The notes below the pieces were generated by a model. It saw only the letters and a list, made by a program, of their open reading frames with translations, ran no database searches and was not told the origin of the DNA. Made by a program: the position numbers and the translations under genes. Positions 18,849 through 28,120 of a stretch of 64,000 bases of DNA are shown here, one piece after another; the first letter of the stretch is position 1, and the number at the start of each line of letters is the position of its first letter. Source of the DNA: Myxococcota bacterium (GTDB taxonomy: Bacteria > Myxococcota_A > UBA9160 > SZUA-336); assembly GCA_965247115.1 (NCBI GenBank), contig CBDFGR010000002.1:2144001-2208000 (forward strand). The letters run 5' to 3'.

Positions 18849-20005
18849 TAGATGGCGTTCCTCTTCAGCAGCTGCTTGGCGATCACCGTCTTCTGGATCT
18901 CGTTGGTGCCCTCACCGATGATCAAGAGCGGCGCGTCCCGGAAATAGCGCTCGATCGGGAACTCGAGGGTGTAGCCGTAGGCCCCGTGGATGCGCATGGC
19001 TTCAAGGGCAGCGTCCATGGCGAGCTCCGTCGCGAAGAGCTTGGCCATCCCCGCCTCCATGTCGACCCGTTGACCCCGGTCCTTGGCCTGGGCTGCCGCG
19101 TAGGTGAGCATGCGAGCTGCTTCGAGGCGCGTCGCCATGTCCGCGAGCTTCTCCTGGATCAGCTGGTGCTCGGCGATCGGTACGCCGAAGGTCTTGCGCT
19201 CCTGCGCGTAGCGCAGGGAGGCCTCGAGGCAGGCCCGGGCGAGCCCGACCCCGCGCGCCGCGACGTTGATGCGTCCGGTTTCGAGCCCACTCATCACGTG
19301 CTTGAAGCCGCGGCCCTCCTCGCCTCCGATCAGGTTTCCGAGTGGTACCTCGAAGTCCTGGAAGATCAGCTCGCAGGTCTTGATGCCCTTGTAGCCGAGC
19401 TTGGGGATGTCGCGACTGATCTGGAAGCCGGGGTGGCCCTTCTCGATCACGAACAGGCTCATGCCGCGGTGGGGCGGATCCGCGGACGTGTCCGTCTTCG
19501 CGAGCATGGCGAAGGTGTTGCCGTGGCGGGCATTCGTGATCCACATCTTGGTGCCGTTCACCACGTAGTGGTCGCCAACGCGCCGCGCGGTGGTGCGGAT
19601 CGCCTGCACGTCGGTGCCGGCATCGGCCTCGGAGAGTGCGAGGCCGCCTCTCCGCTCACCCGTTGCGAAGCGCGGCAGCCACGCGCGCTTCTGCTCCTCG
19701 GTCCCGAAGTACAGCACGGCGTGGGCCATGATCAGGTGCGAGTTGATCACGCCGGCGATCGAGATCCAGCCCCGAGCCAGCTCTTCGATGACGAGGGCGT
19801 AGGTCGTGTGGTCGAGACCGATCCCGCCGTAGGCTTCCGGGATGGTTGCGCCGAAGAGCCCGAGCTCCTTCAGGCGCTCGACGATTGCAGTTGGGTACTC
19901 GTCGCGGTGATCGAGCTCACTGGCGACCGGCGCGACCTCGATATCGACGAACTTGCGCACGGTCTCGACGATCAGTCGCTGATCTTCACTGAGGTCCAGG
20001 AGCAT
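18848..20005 (-). CDS. Acyl-CoA dehydrogenase
   Basis: LSEADAGTD, NGTKMWITN, ERKTFG, HGAYGY, IGEGTNEIQ. Confidence 0.95.
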   Translation of the reverse strand: MLLDLSEDQRLIVETVRKFVDIEVAPVASELDHRDEYPTAIVERLKELGLFGATIPEAYGGIGLDHTTYALVIEELARGWISIAGVINSHLIMAHAVLYFGTEEQKRAWLPRFATGERRGGLALSEADAGTDVQAIRTTARRVGDHYVVNGTKMWITNARHGNTFAMLAKTDTSADPPHRGMSLFVIEKGHPGFQISRDIPKLGYKGIKTCELIFQDFEVPLGNLIGGEEGRGFKHVMSGLETGRINVAARGVGLARACLEASLRYAQERKTFGVPIAEHQLIQEKLADMATRLEAARMLTYAAAQAKDRGQRVDMEAGMAKLFATELAMDAALEAMRIHGAYGYTLEFPIERYFRDAPLLIIGEGTNEIQKTVIAKQLLKRNAI

Positions 20006-20104
20006 CGTTACTCTCCCCGGCTACGGATGGCGCGGGCCAGACGTATGATGGCAGGATCGGGCGGCTATCTAAAGCCCGCCGCTCATCTGGGGTACGCTCT
20101 CGGC

Positions 20105-21301
20105 ATGCCACCAGAACAGACCCTCCCGGACGGTCGCGAGCATCCCCTCTCCGACGTGCGCGTCATCGATCTCACCCAGTACGAGGCGGGTCCCTCCGCG
20201 ACCCAGCTCCTCGCATGGCTCGGCGCGGATGTGATCAAGGTGGAGCCTCCCGGCGGCGACCCTGCGCGACAGCTCGCAGGGGCGACGCCGGAACGCGACA
20301 GCGCGTTCTTCGTGCTCTACAACCAGAGCAAGCGGAGCGTCGTGCTCGATCTGGCCAAGGACGGGGGGCGTAGGCAGCTCGACCGACTGCTCGAGAGCGC
20401 GGACGTTCTGGCCGAGAACTTCGCGCCCGGCACCCTCGCGCGGCTCGGCCTGGCGCCCGAGCGGCTCGGTGAGGCGTTCCCGCGTCTGGTCGTCGCCTCG
20501 ATCCGCGGCTACCGCTCCGGGGGGCCGTGGTCGGACTACAAGTCGCTCGATTTTGTCGGACAGGCCACTGGGGGCGGGATGAGCGTCACCGGCGAGGCCG
20601 ATCGGCCCCCCGTCCGCATGGGTTCGACCGTCGCAGACAGCGGCAGCGGTGTGCACCTCGCGCTCGGGATCCTGGCCGCTCTGCACCGGCGCTTTCGCAC
20701 GGGCCGTGGGGGCCGCGTTGAGGTCGCGCTGCAGGACGCCGTACTGAACCTGACGCGCACGGCGCTCGTGCCCACCTACGTAACGGGCGCACCGAACGTG
20801 CGCAGCGGCGACCGCTACGTCGGATCCGCGCCGAGCGGTGTGTTCGCCTGCCGGCCGGGCGGGCCGAACGACTACGTCTACATCCTGCTCTCGTCACGGC
20901 GCCACTGGGAGGCGCTGCTGCGCGCGATCGAGCGCCAGGACCTGCGAGACGATCCGCGCTACGCGCGCCAGTCGCAGCGCAACGCCCGTGAGGACGAGGT
21001 CTGCGAGATCGTCAGTGCCTGGACGCGTCGTCACGACAAGATCGCGGCCATGGAGCGCCTGTCGGAGTTCGGCGTGGCCTGCGGGGCGGTGCTCGATACG
21101 GGAGAAGTGCTGCAGAACCGGCACCTGCGCGAATCCGGCATGATCGTGGAGCAGGATCAGCCGGGCTGGGGGCGCCTTGCGCTACCGGGCTGCCCCATTC
21201 GGCTGGACGGCCCGCCGCCGCCGATCACCCCAGCACCCGCTCTGGGCGCCGATACGGGGGAGCTGCTCGACGAGCTCGACGAGGGCAGTGATGATGCCTA
21301 G
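20105..21301 (+). CDS. CaiB/BaiF CoA-transferase (formyl-CoA transferase-like)
   Basis: EAGPSATQLLAWLGADVIKVEPP, ENFAPG, DSGSG, APALGADT. Confidence 0.92.
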   Translation: MPPEQTLPDGREHPLSDVRVIDLTQYEAGPSATQLLAWLGADVIKVEPPGGDPARQLAGATPERDSAFFVLYNQSKRSVVLDLAKDGGRRQLDRLLESADVLAENFAPGTLARLGLAPERLGEAFPRLVVASIRGYRSGGPWSDYKSLDFVGQATGGGMSVTGEADRPPVRMGSTVADSGSGVHLALGILAALHRRFRTGRGGRVEVALQDAVLNLTRTALVPTYVTGAPNVRSGDRYVGSAPSGVFACRPGGPNDYVYILLSSRRHWEALLRAIERQDLRDDPRYARQSQRNAREDEVCEIVSAWTRRHDKIAAMERLSEFGVACGAVLDTGEVLQNRHLRESGMIVEQDQPGWGRLALPGCPIRLDGPPPPITPAPALGADTGELLDELDEGSDDA

Positions 21302-23835
21302 TTCCCGAAACGATACCGCAGCTTGACTACGAAGTTCTCGACGATGGGATCTTCGAAGGCATCGCTGAACAGATCGGAGAAGTCGGAATCACCGCTTTGC
21401 AGCAGGCTGTTCCCCAGGTTGTAGACCAGATAGAGATCCGTCAGCGGGGCGATCTCCCAACGATAACGCAGCTGCGTGGTGAGGATATTCACGGTGAAAT
21501 CGTGATCGGGTAAGGTAGGCGGCGCCGATACCAGATCTCCATCGCCGACAGGCACCTCGAAGAACCCGCGCTCAGCGGCTCGCACGCCTACCCACTGCAG
21601 CGACATGCGCAGCTCGTGCCTGGGCGCAATGAACCAGCTCACAGCCACGTTCGTTTGCCAATCTCGCGCGTGGTAGCTACCGAAGTTGCGCCCTCCCTGG
21701 TAGACGATCCAACCGTGGCGATGCTTGTAGCGCACGTCCAGGTCGACTGAGAGCCAGTCACTCGGACGATAGGTGACACCAGCGGCCGCGTTGTAGGACC
21801 AGTCACCGAGATTCTCCTGCAGCACACCGATGCTTGCCGAGTAACTCAGCTTCCGGGCCGAATCCGTGGCGATCTGAATATCTGCCCACCAACGGTCTTC
21901 GGTTCTGTAGGCGCCATTCCCGCGGCTATCGACGTCCTCCCACCGCTTGGGCATGTAAGCGAGCGCGGTCTTGAGCGTGTTGCGGCCTGGCAGGACCATC
22001 GAGTTTCGCCAGAACACGCCGCTGTCCACGACTTGCCCTTCGCTCTTGTTGTATTCCTGGCGAAAGGCAACGGTACCCCGAACGTCTTCGAAGTAGCGGG
22101 TAGCCTTGGGCTTGTTGTAGGAAAAGACGTACTGGGCAGCGAAGTAGTCGTTCCGGCGAAGGAAGCCTGCGTCGTCGAGCTCGACGTCTTCGTCAAAGAA
22201 GTCGAGCTCAAGCTTGTGCTGAATGCGATGACTCTGTGCGTACCTGATATCGAAGAGCGCGCCGTAACCCGTTCGATCGTCAACATCACTGGCTACGAGC
22301 TGAGCATCTGCGATCCACCGGCCGTTGGCGCTCGTGAAGTGACCATCCACGCCGTGGACGACCGCATCATATGCCGGTCCGCTCACGAGCGTGCCGAGGT
22401 AACCAACGGACTTGCGGCTGCTGCCAATACCTTCAAAGAGGATTCGACCCACGGCGAAGTCCCGGCCCGAGTCCTTGATATCGGCGCTGTTGCCAAAGGC
22501 GTCTGTGCCGAACCACTTGACATCGTCCTCGGACGCGCCGAGTGCTCCATAGCGCAGGTTCCCGACGGTTCCGGTCAATTTGCCCGCGCCGAGCAGATCG
22601 GTGGGTAGATCCCGCTCGCCCGGGTCAGGTGTGATGCCGTTCGGCACCGTCACCTGAGTGGCGGTCCCACCAATGCGGCGAGTGTTCAGCAACGATATCG
22701 GCGGCGGGAGAAACTCGGACCGAGAGACGTTCCGAGACGTGGTCGCGAAATTGTCGTTGGTCAGCAGGGTCAAGGTGTTGTAAAAGCTCGAACGAGGGGT
22801 CGACTCGAAGACCTGGTCGCCTTCCAGGAAGAACACCCGTTTCTCGGGAAAGAACGTCTCGAATGCGGTCAGGTTGAGGACCACGTCATCGGCTTCCACG
22901 GCCCCGAAGTCCGGATACGCACTAGCGGTCAACCCGAGCGCGGGTGAAGGTCTCCAGAAGAGGTCGGCACCCGCTCGAGCCTCGTCCTCGTCTCGGGCCT
23001 GGTCTACGGTGATGGAGCTGTACGGGATGGCGTAATACTGCTGCCTCGCCTCCACGCCGGTGACTTCCATCGTGTTCAAGGCGGTCACGAATCGAGACGA
23101 CGCATACGGATAGCCGGGCCATTGGTACTGCTCGTTGGTATGTGAGACCTGTCGGTTCGTCGAAAAGCCGATCGTTCGCGGCCCATCGACCTTCGGCAGG
23201 TCCATCATCGACCACGGCAGCAGCAGCTCGACACTCCAGCCGTCTTCAAACCGGGCGGTCTTGCCGATCCAGGGTCCATCCCAGTCACCCTCGTACTCAG
23301 ACTCTGGCAGCACCTTGCCATCCATCAGCGAATCGCCGAGCCCAATGATGAACCAGTACGCAAACAGACCCTGACCTGTGGTGTCGAGCGTGATCCCAAA
23401 GCTATCGCGATCGATGAAGTTGTCGCGCTTCGACATCCGAGCAACCAACGTGTCCGGCGGCTGATACAGGACCGCACTGACGAAGAGCCCACGATCTGTA
23501 GCCAGAAGCCGCAGCTCGGTGGGGTATTGCGCCGGTTCACTGGTACCAGGTACGTAAACCAACATGTTGTCGTAGTGGGGCACTTGCTGCCAGATAGGCT
23601 CGTCGACTCGCCCGTCAACGACGATCGTGGCGTCGCGGTCAGGATGACTCTGCACCACGATGTGATGGTGCGGTATGCCTTCGACATACCCGATGACTTC
23701 CTGACGACCGCTGGTTGCAGCAAAGGCCGGTGCGACCACGAAAGCCGCGCACAGAGCCGCAACGGCTCCGAGGATGGCCCCAACGGAGAGGGCCCGGGGA
23801 GTCATCCGCGGTTGGGGCATTGAGCATTTGCTCAT
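21298..23835 (-). CDS. DUF5916 / CBM9-like domain outer-membrane beta-barrel protein
   Basis: Signal peptide, VDGRVDEPIW, GWSVELLLPWS, PDFGAVEADD..NLTAFETFFPEKRVFFLEG, C-terminal VVKLRYRF. Confidence 0.8.
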   Translation of the reverse strand: MSKCSMPQPRMTPRALSVGAILGAVAALCAAFVVAPAFAATSGRQEVIGYVEGIPHHHIVVQSHPDRDATIVVDGRVDEPIWQQVPHYDNMLVYVPGTSEPAQYPTELRLLATDRGLFVSAVLYQPPDTLVARMSKRDNFIDRDSFGITLDTTGQGLFAYWFIIGLGDSLMDGKVLPESEYEGDWDGPWIGKTARFEDGWSVELLLPWSMMDLPKVDGPRTIGFSTNRQVSHTNEQYQWPGYPYASSRFVTALNTMEVTGVEARQQYYAIPYSSITVDQARDEDEARAGADLFWRPSPALGLTASAYPDFGAVEADDVVLNLTAFETFFPEKRVFFLEGDQVFESTPRSSFYNTLTLLTNDNFATTSRNVSRSEFLPPPISLLNTRRIGGTATQVTVPNGITPDPGERDLPTDLLGAGKLTGTVGNLRYGALGASEDDVKWFGTDAFGNSADIKDSGRDFAVGRILFEGIGSSRKSVGYLGTLVSGPAYDAVVHGVDGHFTSANGRWIADAQLVASDVDDRTGYGALFDIRYAQSHRIQHKLELDFFDEDVELDDAGFLRRNDYFAAQYVFSYNKPKATRYFEDVRGTVAFRQEYNKSEGQVVDSGVFWRNSMVLPGRNTLKTALAYMPKRWEDVDSRGNGAYRTEDRWWADIQIATDSARKLSYSASIGVLQENLGDWSYNAAAGVTYRPSDWLSVDLDVRYKHRHGWIVYQGGRNFGSYHARDWQTNVAVSWFIAPRHELRMSLQWVGVRAAERGFFEVPVGDGDLVSAPPTLPDHDFTVNILTTQLRYRWEIAPLTDLYLVYNLGNSLLQSGDSDFSDLFSDAFEDPIVENFVVKLRYRFGN

Positions 23836-23894
23836 CTTTTGTTCGCCAGGATGGCAGCGGACGAGCCGAGGGTCAAGGCAGGGTTGGGGGACGC

Positions 23895-25168
23895 CTAGTT
23901 CCCGAAACGATACCGGAGCTTGACTACGAAGTTCTCGACAATGGGATCTTTGAAGGCGTCGCTGAACAGCTCGGAGAAGTCGGAATCACCGTTTCACAGC
24001 AAGCTGTTACCCAGGTTGTAGACCAGATAGAGATCCGTCAACGGAGCTATCTCCCAGCGATAGCGCACCTGCGCGGTGAGGATGTTCACCGTGAAGTCGT
24101 GATCGGGTAACGTGCGTTGCGCCGGTACCAGCTCTCCATCGCCGACAGGCACCTCGAAGAAACCCCGCTCATCAGCTCGTACCCCCACCCACTGCAACGA
24201 CACTCGCAGCTTGTGCTGGGGCGCGATGAACCAGTTCACGTCGAGGCTCGGACGCACTGCCGGTGAAGCCGAGCGCGGGGGAGGGTTTCCAGAATAGGTC
24301 GGCACCCGCTCGAACCTCGTCTTCATTCCGGGCCTGGTCGATGGTGATGGAGCTGTACGGAATGGTAGTACTGCTGCCTCGACTCTATGCCGCTGACTTC
24401 CATCGTATTCAAGGCGGTGACGAGTCGCGACGACGCGTACGGATAGCCGGGCCACTGGTACTGCTCGGTGGTATGGGAGACCTGGCGGTTCGTCGCAAAG
24501 CCGAACGTTCGCGGCCCATCGATCTTGGGCAGGTCCATCATCGACCACGGCAGCAGCAGCTCGACACTCCAGCCGCCTTCGAAGCGGGCGGTCTTGGCGA
24601 TCCAGGTTCCATCCCAGTCACTCTGGTATTCATACTCTGGCAGGACCTTGCCATCCGTCAGCGAGTCGCCGAGCGCGGTGATGAACCAGTACGCAAACAG
24701 ACCCTGGCCCGTGGTGTCGAGCGTGAATCCGAAGCTATCGCGATCGATGAAGTCGTCGCGGTTCGTCATGCGAGCAACCAACGTGTCCGGAGGCTGATAC
24801 AGGACCGCACTGACGAAGAGTCCCTGATCCGTGGCGAAGAGGCGCAACTCGGTGGGGTACTGCGCCGGCGCACTGGTGCCCGGGACGTACACCAGCATGT
24901 TGTCGTAGCGGGGCAGCTGCTGCCAGAGGGGCTCGTCGACTCGCCCGTCGATGACGATCTGGGCTTCGTTTTCGGGAAGAGTCGATACCACGATGTGATG
25001 GTGCGGTACGCCCTCGACGTAGCCGATGATCTCCTGACGACCGCTGGTTGCAGCGAAGGCCGGAGGGACCACGAAGGCCAGGCACAGAGCCGCAACGGTC
25101 CGGAGGACGGCCCCGACAGAAAGGGCCCGGGGATTCACCCGCGGTTGGGGCCTTGAGCATTTGCTCAT
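23895..25168 (-). pseudogene. Decayed tandem duplicate of the DUF5916 gene
   Basis: Near-identical start, upstream region and 3' end; about 1.26-kb internal deletion at about 24250, frameshift near 24360, nonsense TGA at 23994. Confidence 0.9.
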
Positions 25169-25258
25169 CTTTGCCGCCAGGATGCCGGTGGACGACTCGA
25201 GGGTCAAGGCAGGTATGATGGTCGTCAGAACCCGAATTCCCAAGGTTGGAGGGGTACG

Positions 25259-27271
25259 ATGGACGCTCACGTGGTGGAACCAACAGCTGCCGAGGCACGG
25301 GCTCGACGAATCCTGCTAGCGGGCCTCTGCTTGGGCCTCGTCGCAGTGCATGCTGGCTCGCTCCATGCCCAGCAGTCGACGGCCCATGGGGAATGGAGTA
25401 GCTACGGAGGAGACAAAGCAAACACGAAGTATTCCCCTCTGGCTCAGATCGATCGTGACAACGTCAGCAAGCTTCGCGTTCTGTGGCGCCGGCCAGCCGT
25501 AGATCCAGGGATCATCGAGGCGTTTCCCGACCTCGACCCATCCAACACTTTCCAGTCGACCCCGCTCATGCTTGGCGGTGTGCTCTATGCGCCGAACGGT
25601 GTCGGGCTGGTGGAAGCGTTCGATCCCGGGACCGGTGAGTCGCTCTGGATTCAGGAGCCGCTCCATGAGGGATTTCAGGGCGTGGCCGGGCGCGGCACGC
25701 GGGGGGTCGCTCACTGGCGCGACGGTTCGGGCCAACGAATCTTCTCGGTGCGAGGCAAATATCTCGTGTCGATGAGCGCGGAGACCGGGAGCCTGGTTCG
25801 AGACTTTGGCGACCGCGGGAAGGTGGACCTCTCGAGAGACGGCCCCAGTGGGCCGTTTCCCGCCGGCGGGACGTCAGGCCCCGTCGTTGTGGGCGACGTG
25901 GTCATCGTCGGCGGTGCCGGCGCCGACGATTTCGGGGTGCGGCAGGAGGCAGCTGCGGAAGATGTCCGGGGCTATGACGTGCGGACCGGCCGTCTGCGCT
26001 GGACCTTCCATGTGCTGCCGCGGCCGGGGGAATTCGGCTTCGAGACATGGGAGAACGACTCCTGGAAGGCCGGCGGGGCGATGGGCGCCTGGCCACCACT
26101 CACAGTGGATGAGGAGCTCGGCTACATCTATTTGCCACTGTCGTCCCCGATGCACGCCTTCTACGGCGGCGACCGGCCCGGGCAGAATCTCTTTGGCAAC
26201 AGCCTCGTGTGCCTCGACGCCAAGACCGGCGAGCGGGTGTGGCACTACCAGCTCGTGCATCACGACCTGTGGGACTACGAGCTGGCGTCGGCTCCTGTGC
26301 TCGGCGACATCACCGTCGACGGGAAGCCCATCAAGGCGGTGATGCAGATCACCAAGCAGGGCTTCCTGTTCGTGTTTGACCGCGCGACGGGTGAGCCGGT
26401 GTGGCCGATTGAAGAGCGGCCGGTGCCGGCGTCTACAACGCCGGGGGAGAGGGCATGGCCGACGCAGCCTTTCCCGACCAAGCCCGCCCCGTTCGACCGT
26501 CAGGGGGCGACCATTGACGATCTGATCGACTTCACGCCGGAGCTGCGCGCCGAGGCGCTCGAGATTGTCAAGCCGTACGTGCTGGGGCCGCTCTTCACGC
26601 CGCCGTCGGTGGCGGCGCAGGGGCATACCCAGGGTACGATCAGCGTCCCCGGGGCGTTCGGTGCCGGGAACTGGCAGGGTGGGGCGTTCGAGCCCGAGAC
26701 CGGAATCTTCTATATCGCCTCGCACACGAACCCGTACGTGAACGATCTCATCAGGCCCGCCCCGCTGCTCGAGGCGACGACGCCCTACACCCATGGCCCA
26801 GAGGGGGCGCCGCTCGCGGAGACCGAGTGCTGTGAGCAGTACGATGTCTATGGTCCGGAAGGTCTACCGCTCTTCAAGCCGCCCTACGGGCGCATTACGG
26901 CGATCGATATGAATACGGGCGAGCACGTGTGGATGGCGCCGAACGGAGACGGGCCGCGCGATCACCCGCGGTTGCGGCACCTGAATCTGCCTCCCCTCGG
27001 GCAGCAAGGCCGCCCGGCTCCTCTACTCACGAAGACGCTGCTCTTCATTGGTGAGGGCGATCCGATCATCGGTGGGACCCCGAAAGGCGGTGGGGGAAAG
27101 AAGTTTCGCGCCTACGACAAGGCCACGGGCAGCGTCCTGTGGGAAACCGAGCTGGAGGCAGGTACCACCGGGGCGCCGATGAGCTATCTGTGGAACGGCA
27201 AGCAGTACATCGTGGTAGCCATCGGAGGTGAGGATCACGCCGCTGAGTGGGTCGCGCTGGGTCTCCCCTGA
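25259..27271 (+). CDS. PQQ-dependent dehydrogenase (glucose/quinate/shikimate family), exported
   Basis: Signal peptide, YSPLAQI, RGVAHW, HHDLWDYE, KPPYGRITAID, GAPMSY..GKQYIVVA. Confidence 0.93.
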   Translation: MDAHVVEPTAAEARARRILLAGLCLGLVAVHAGSLHAQQSTAHGEWSSYGGDKANTKYSPLAQIDRDNVSKLRVLWRRPAVDPGIIEAFPDLDPSNTFQSTPLMLGGVLYAPNGVGLVEAFDPGTGESLWIQEPLHEGFQGVAGRGTRGVAHWRDGSGQRIFSVRGKYLVSMSAETGSLVRDFGDRGKVDLSRDGPSGPFPAGGTSGPVVVGDVVIVGGAGADDFGVRQEAAAEDVRGYDVRTGRLRWTFHVLPRPGEFGFETWENDSWKAGGAMGAWPPLTVDEELGYIYLPLSSPMHAFYGGDRPGQNLFGNSLVCLDAKTGERVWHYQLVHHDLWDYELASAPVLGDITVDGKPIKAVMQITKQGFLFVFDRATGEPVWPIEERPVPASTTPGERAWPTQPFPTKPAPFDRQGATIDDLIDFTPELRAEALEIVKPYVLGPLFTPPSVAAQGHTQGTISVPGAFGAGNWQGGAFEPETGIFYIASHTNPYVNDLIRPAPLLEATTPYTHGPEGAPLAETECCEQYDVYGPEGLPLFKPPYGRITAIDMNTGEHVWMAPNGDGPRDHPRLRHLNLPPLGQQGRPAPLLTKTLLFIGEGDPIIGGTPKGGGGKKFRAYDKATGSVLWETELEAGTTGAPMSYLWNGKQYIVVAIGGEDHAAEWVALGLP

Positions 27272-27318
27272 GGCGCTGAGCGCGACCGCAGGACGCACGC
27301 CTGCCTCCAAGCCTGGAG

Positions 27319-27951
27319 CTAGTCGAGATACCTGGCCAGGTGGGAGTAGAGCATCTCGCGTGCCTCGCGGCGGAGCTCGTTGGCATGTTGCGCGTGCCTG
27401 CCTCTCGCGAGATCTTGGACGAGGGTGGAGGTGGAGCAGAAGAGCTCCCCGACGTAGAGGAGCTGCCTTCTCGGAGCCTTGACTCCACGCCGCTCCGCAG
27501 CCTTCGCGAACTGCCGGGCCAGGGTCCGGTCGGCCTGCCTGTCTACGGCCCGCAGCTCCGGAAGGGCGGAGATCGCTTTTCGTATCGCCACGAAGCCGGG
27601 CAGCTCGGCAGTTCTCCTGGCGTACTCCGCACCATAGCCACGGAGAACCTCGCGCCAGTCTCGATCGAGATCGGCCAGACCCTCGAAGCGTTGGAACGCC
27701 GCAACCTCTGCAGCGACGGTGCGCAGCGCCAACGCCGTCAGAATCGTGAACTTGTCCTCGAAGTAGATGTAGATGGCGCTTACGGGGATCCCGGCCCGCT
27801 CGGCGATCAGGTTCGTGTTGAACCCGTCCACCCCCTCGTCCTCGAGGACCTCTGCCGCGGTCTGGAGGATGAGACCGATGCGCTTCTTCGCGCGCTCCTG
27901 GATCGGCTGCGACCGCAGGATCCCCGCTAGGTCCTCGATGCTGCTGCTCAA
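27319..27951 (-). CDS. TetR/AcrR family transcriptional regulator (start approximate)
   Basis: PIQERAKKR..IL.TA..VL...G...FNTNLIAERAGIPVSAIYIYFEDK HTH. Confidence 0.88.
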   Translation of the reverse strand: MSSSIEDLAGILRSQPIQERAKKRIGLILQTAAEVLEDEGVDGFNTNLIAERAGIPVSAIYIYFEDKFTILTALALRTVAAEVAAFQRFEGLADLDRDWREVLRGYGAEYARRTAELPGFVAIRKAISALPELRAVDRQADRTLARQFAKAAERRGVKAPRRQLLYVGELFCSTSTLVQDLARGRHAQHANELRREAREMLYSHLARYLD

Positions 27952-28040
27952 ACGCTCGGCCCTTTCAAAGACTCCGATTGACGAAGAGGAGTACTGGAGA
28001 GTATCGTCAGGATCAAAACTGAGCAAATACTCTAACCCGC

Positions 28041-28058
28041 GTTACGAGCCCGCGTAAC
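28041..28058. promoter_or_regulatory. Palindrome GTTACG-N6-CGTAAC, candidate TetR operator
   Basis: Lies in the divergent tetR / TonB-receptor intergenic region. Confidence 0.35.
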
Positions 28059-28120
28059 CCTGGTACCGCTCCGCGCCCTGCCCGTGGTAACGTCCCGGAT
28101 CTGATTTCTCAGGGGATTTC

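Noticed and set aside
23994..23996. In-frame TGA as a possible second selenocysteine
   Set aside because: Aligns to Gln in the intact paralog, inside a frameshifted pseudogene
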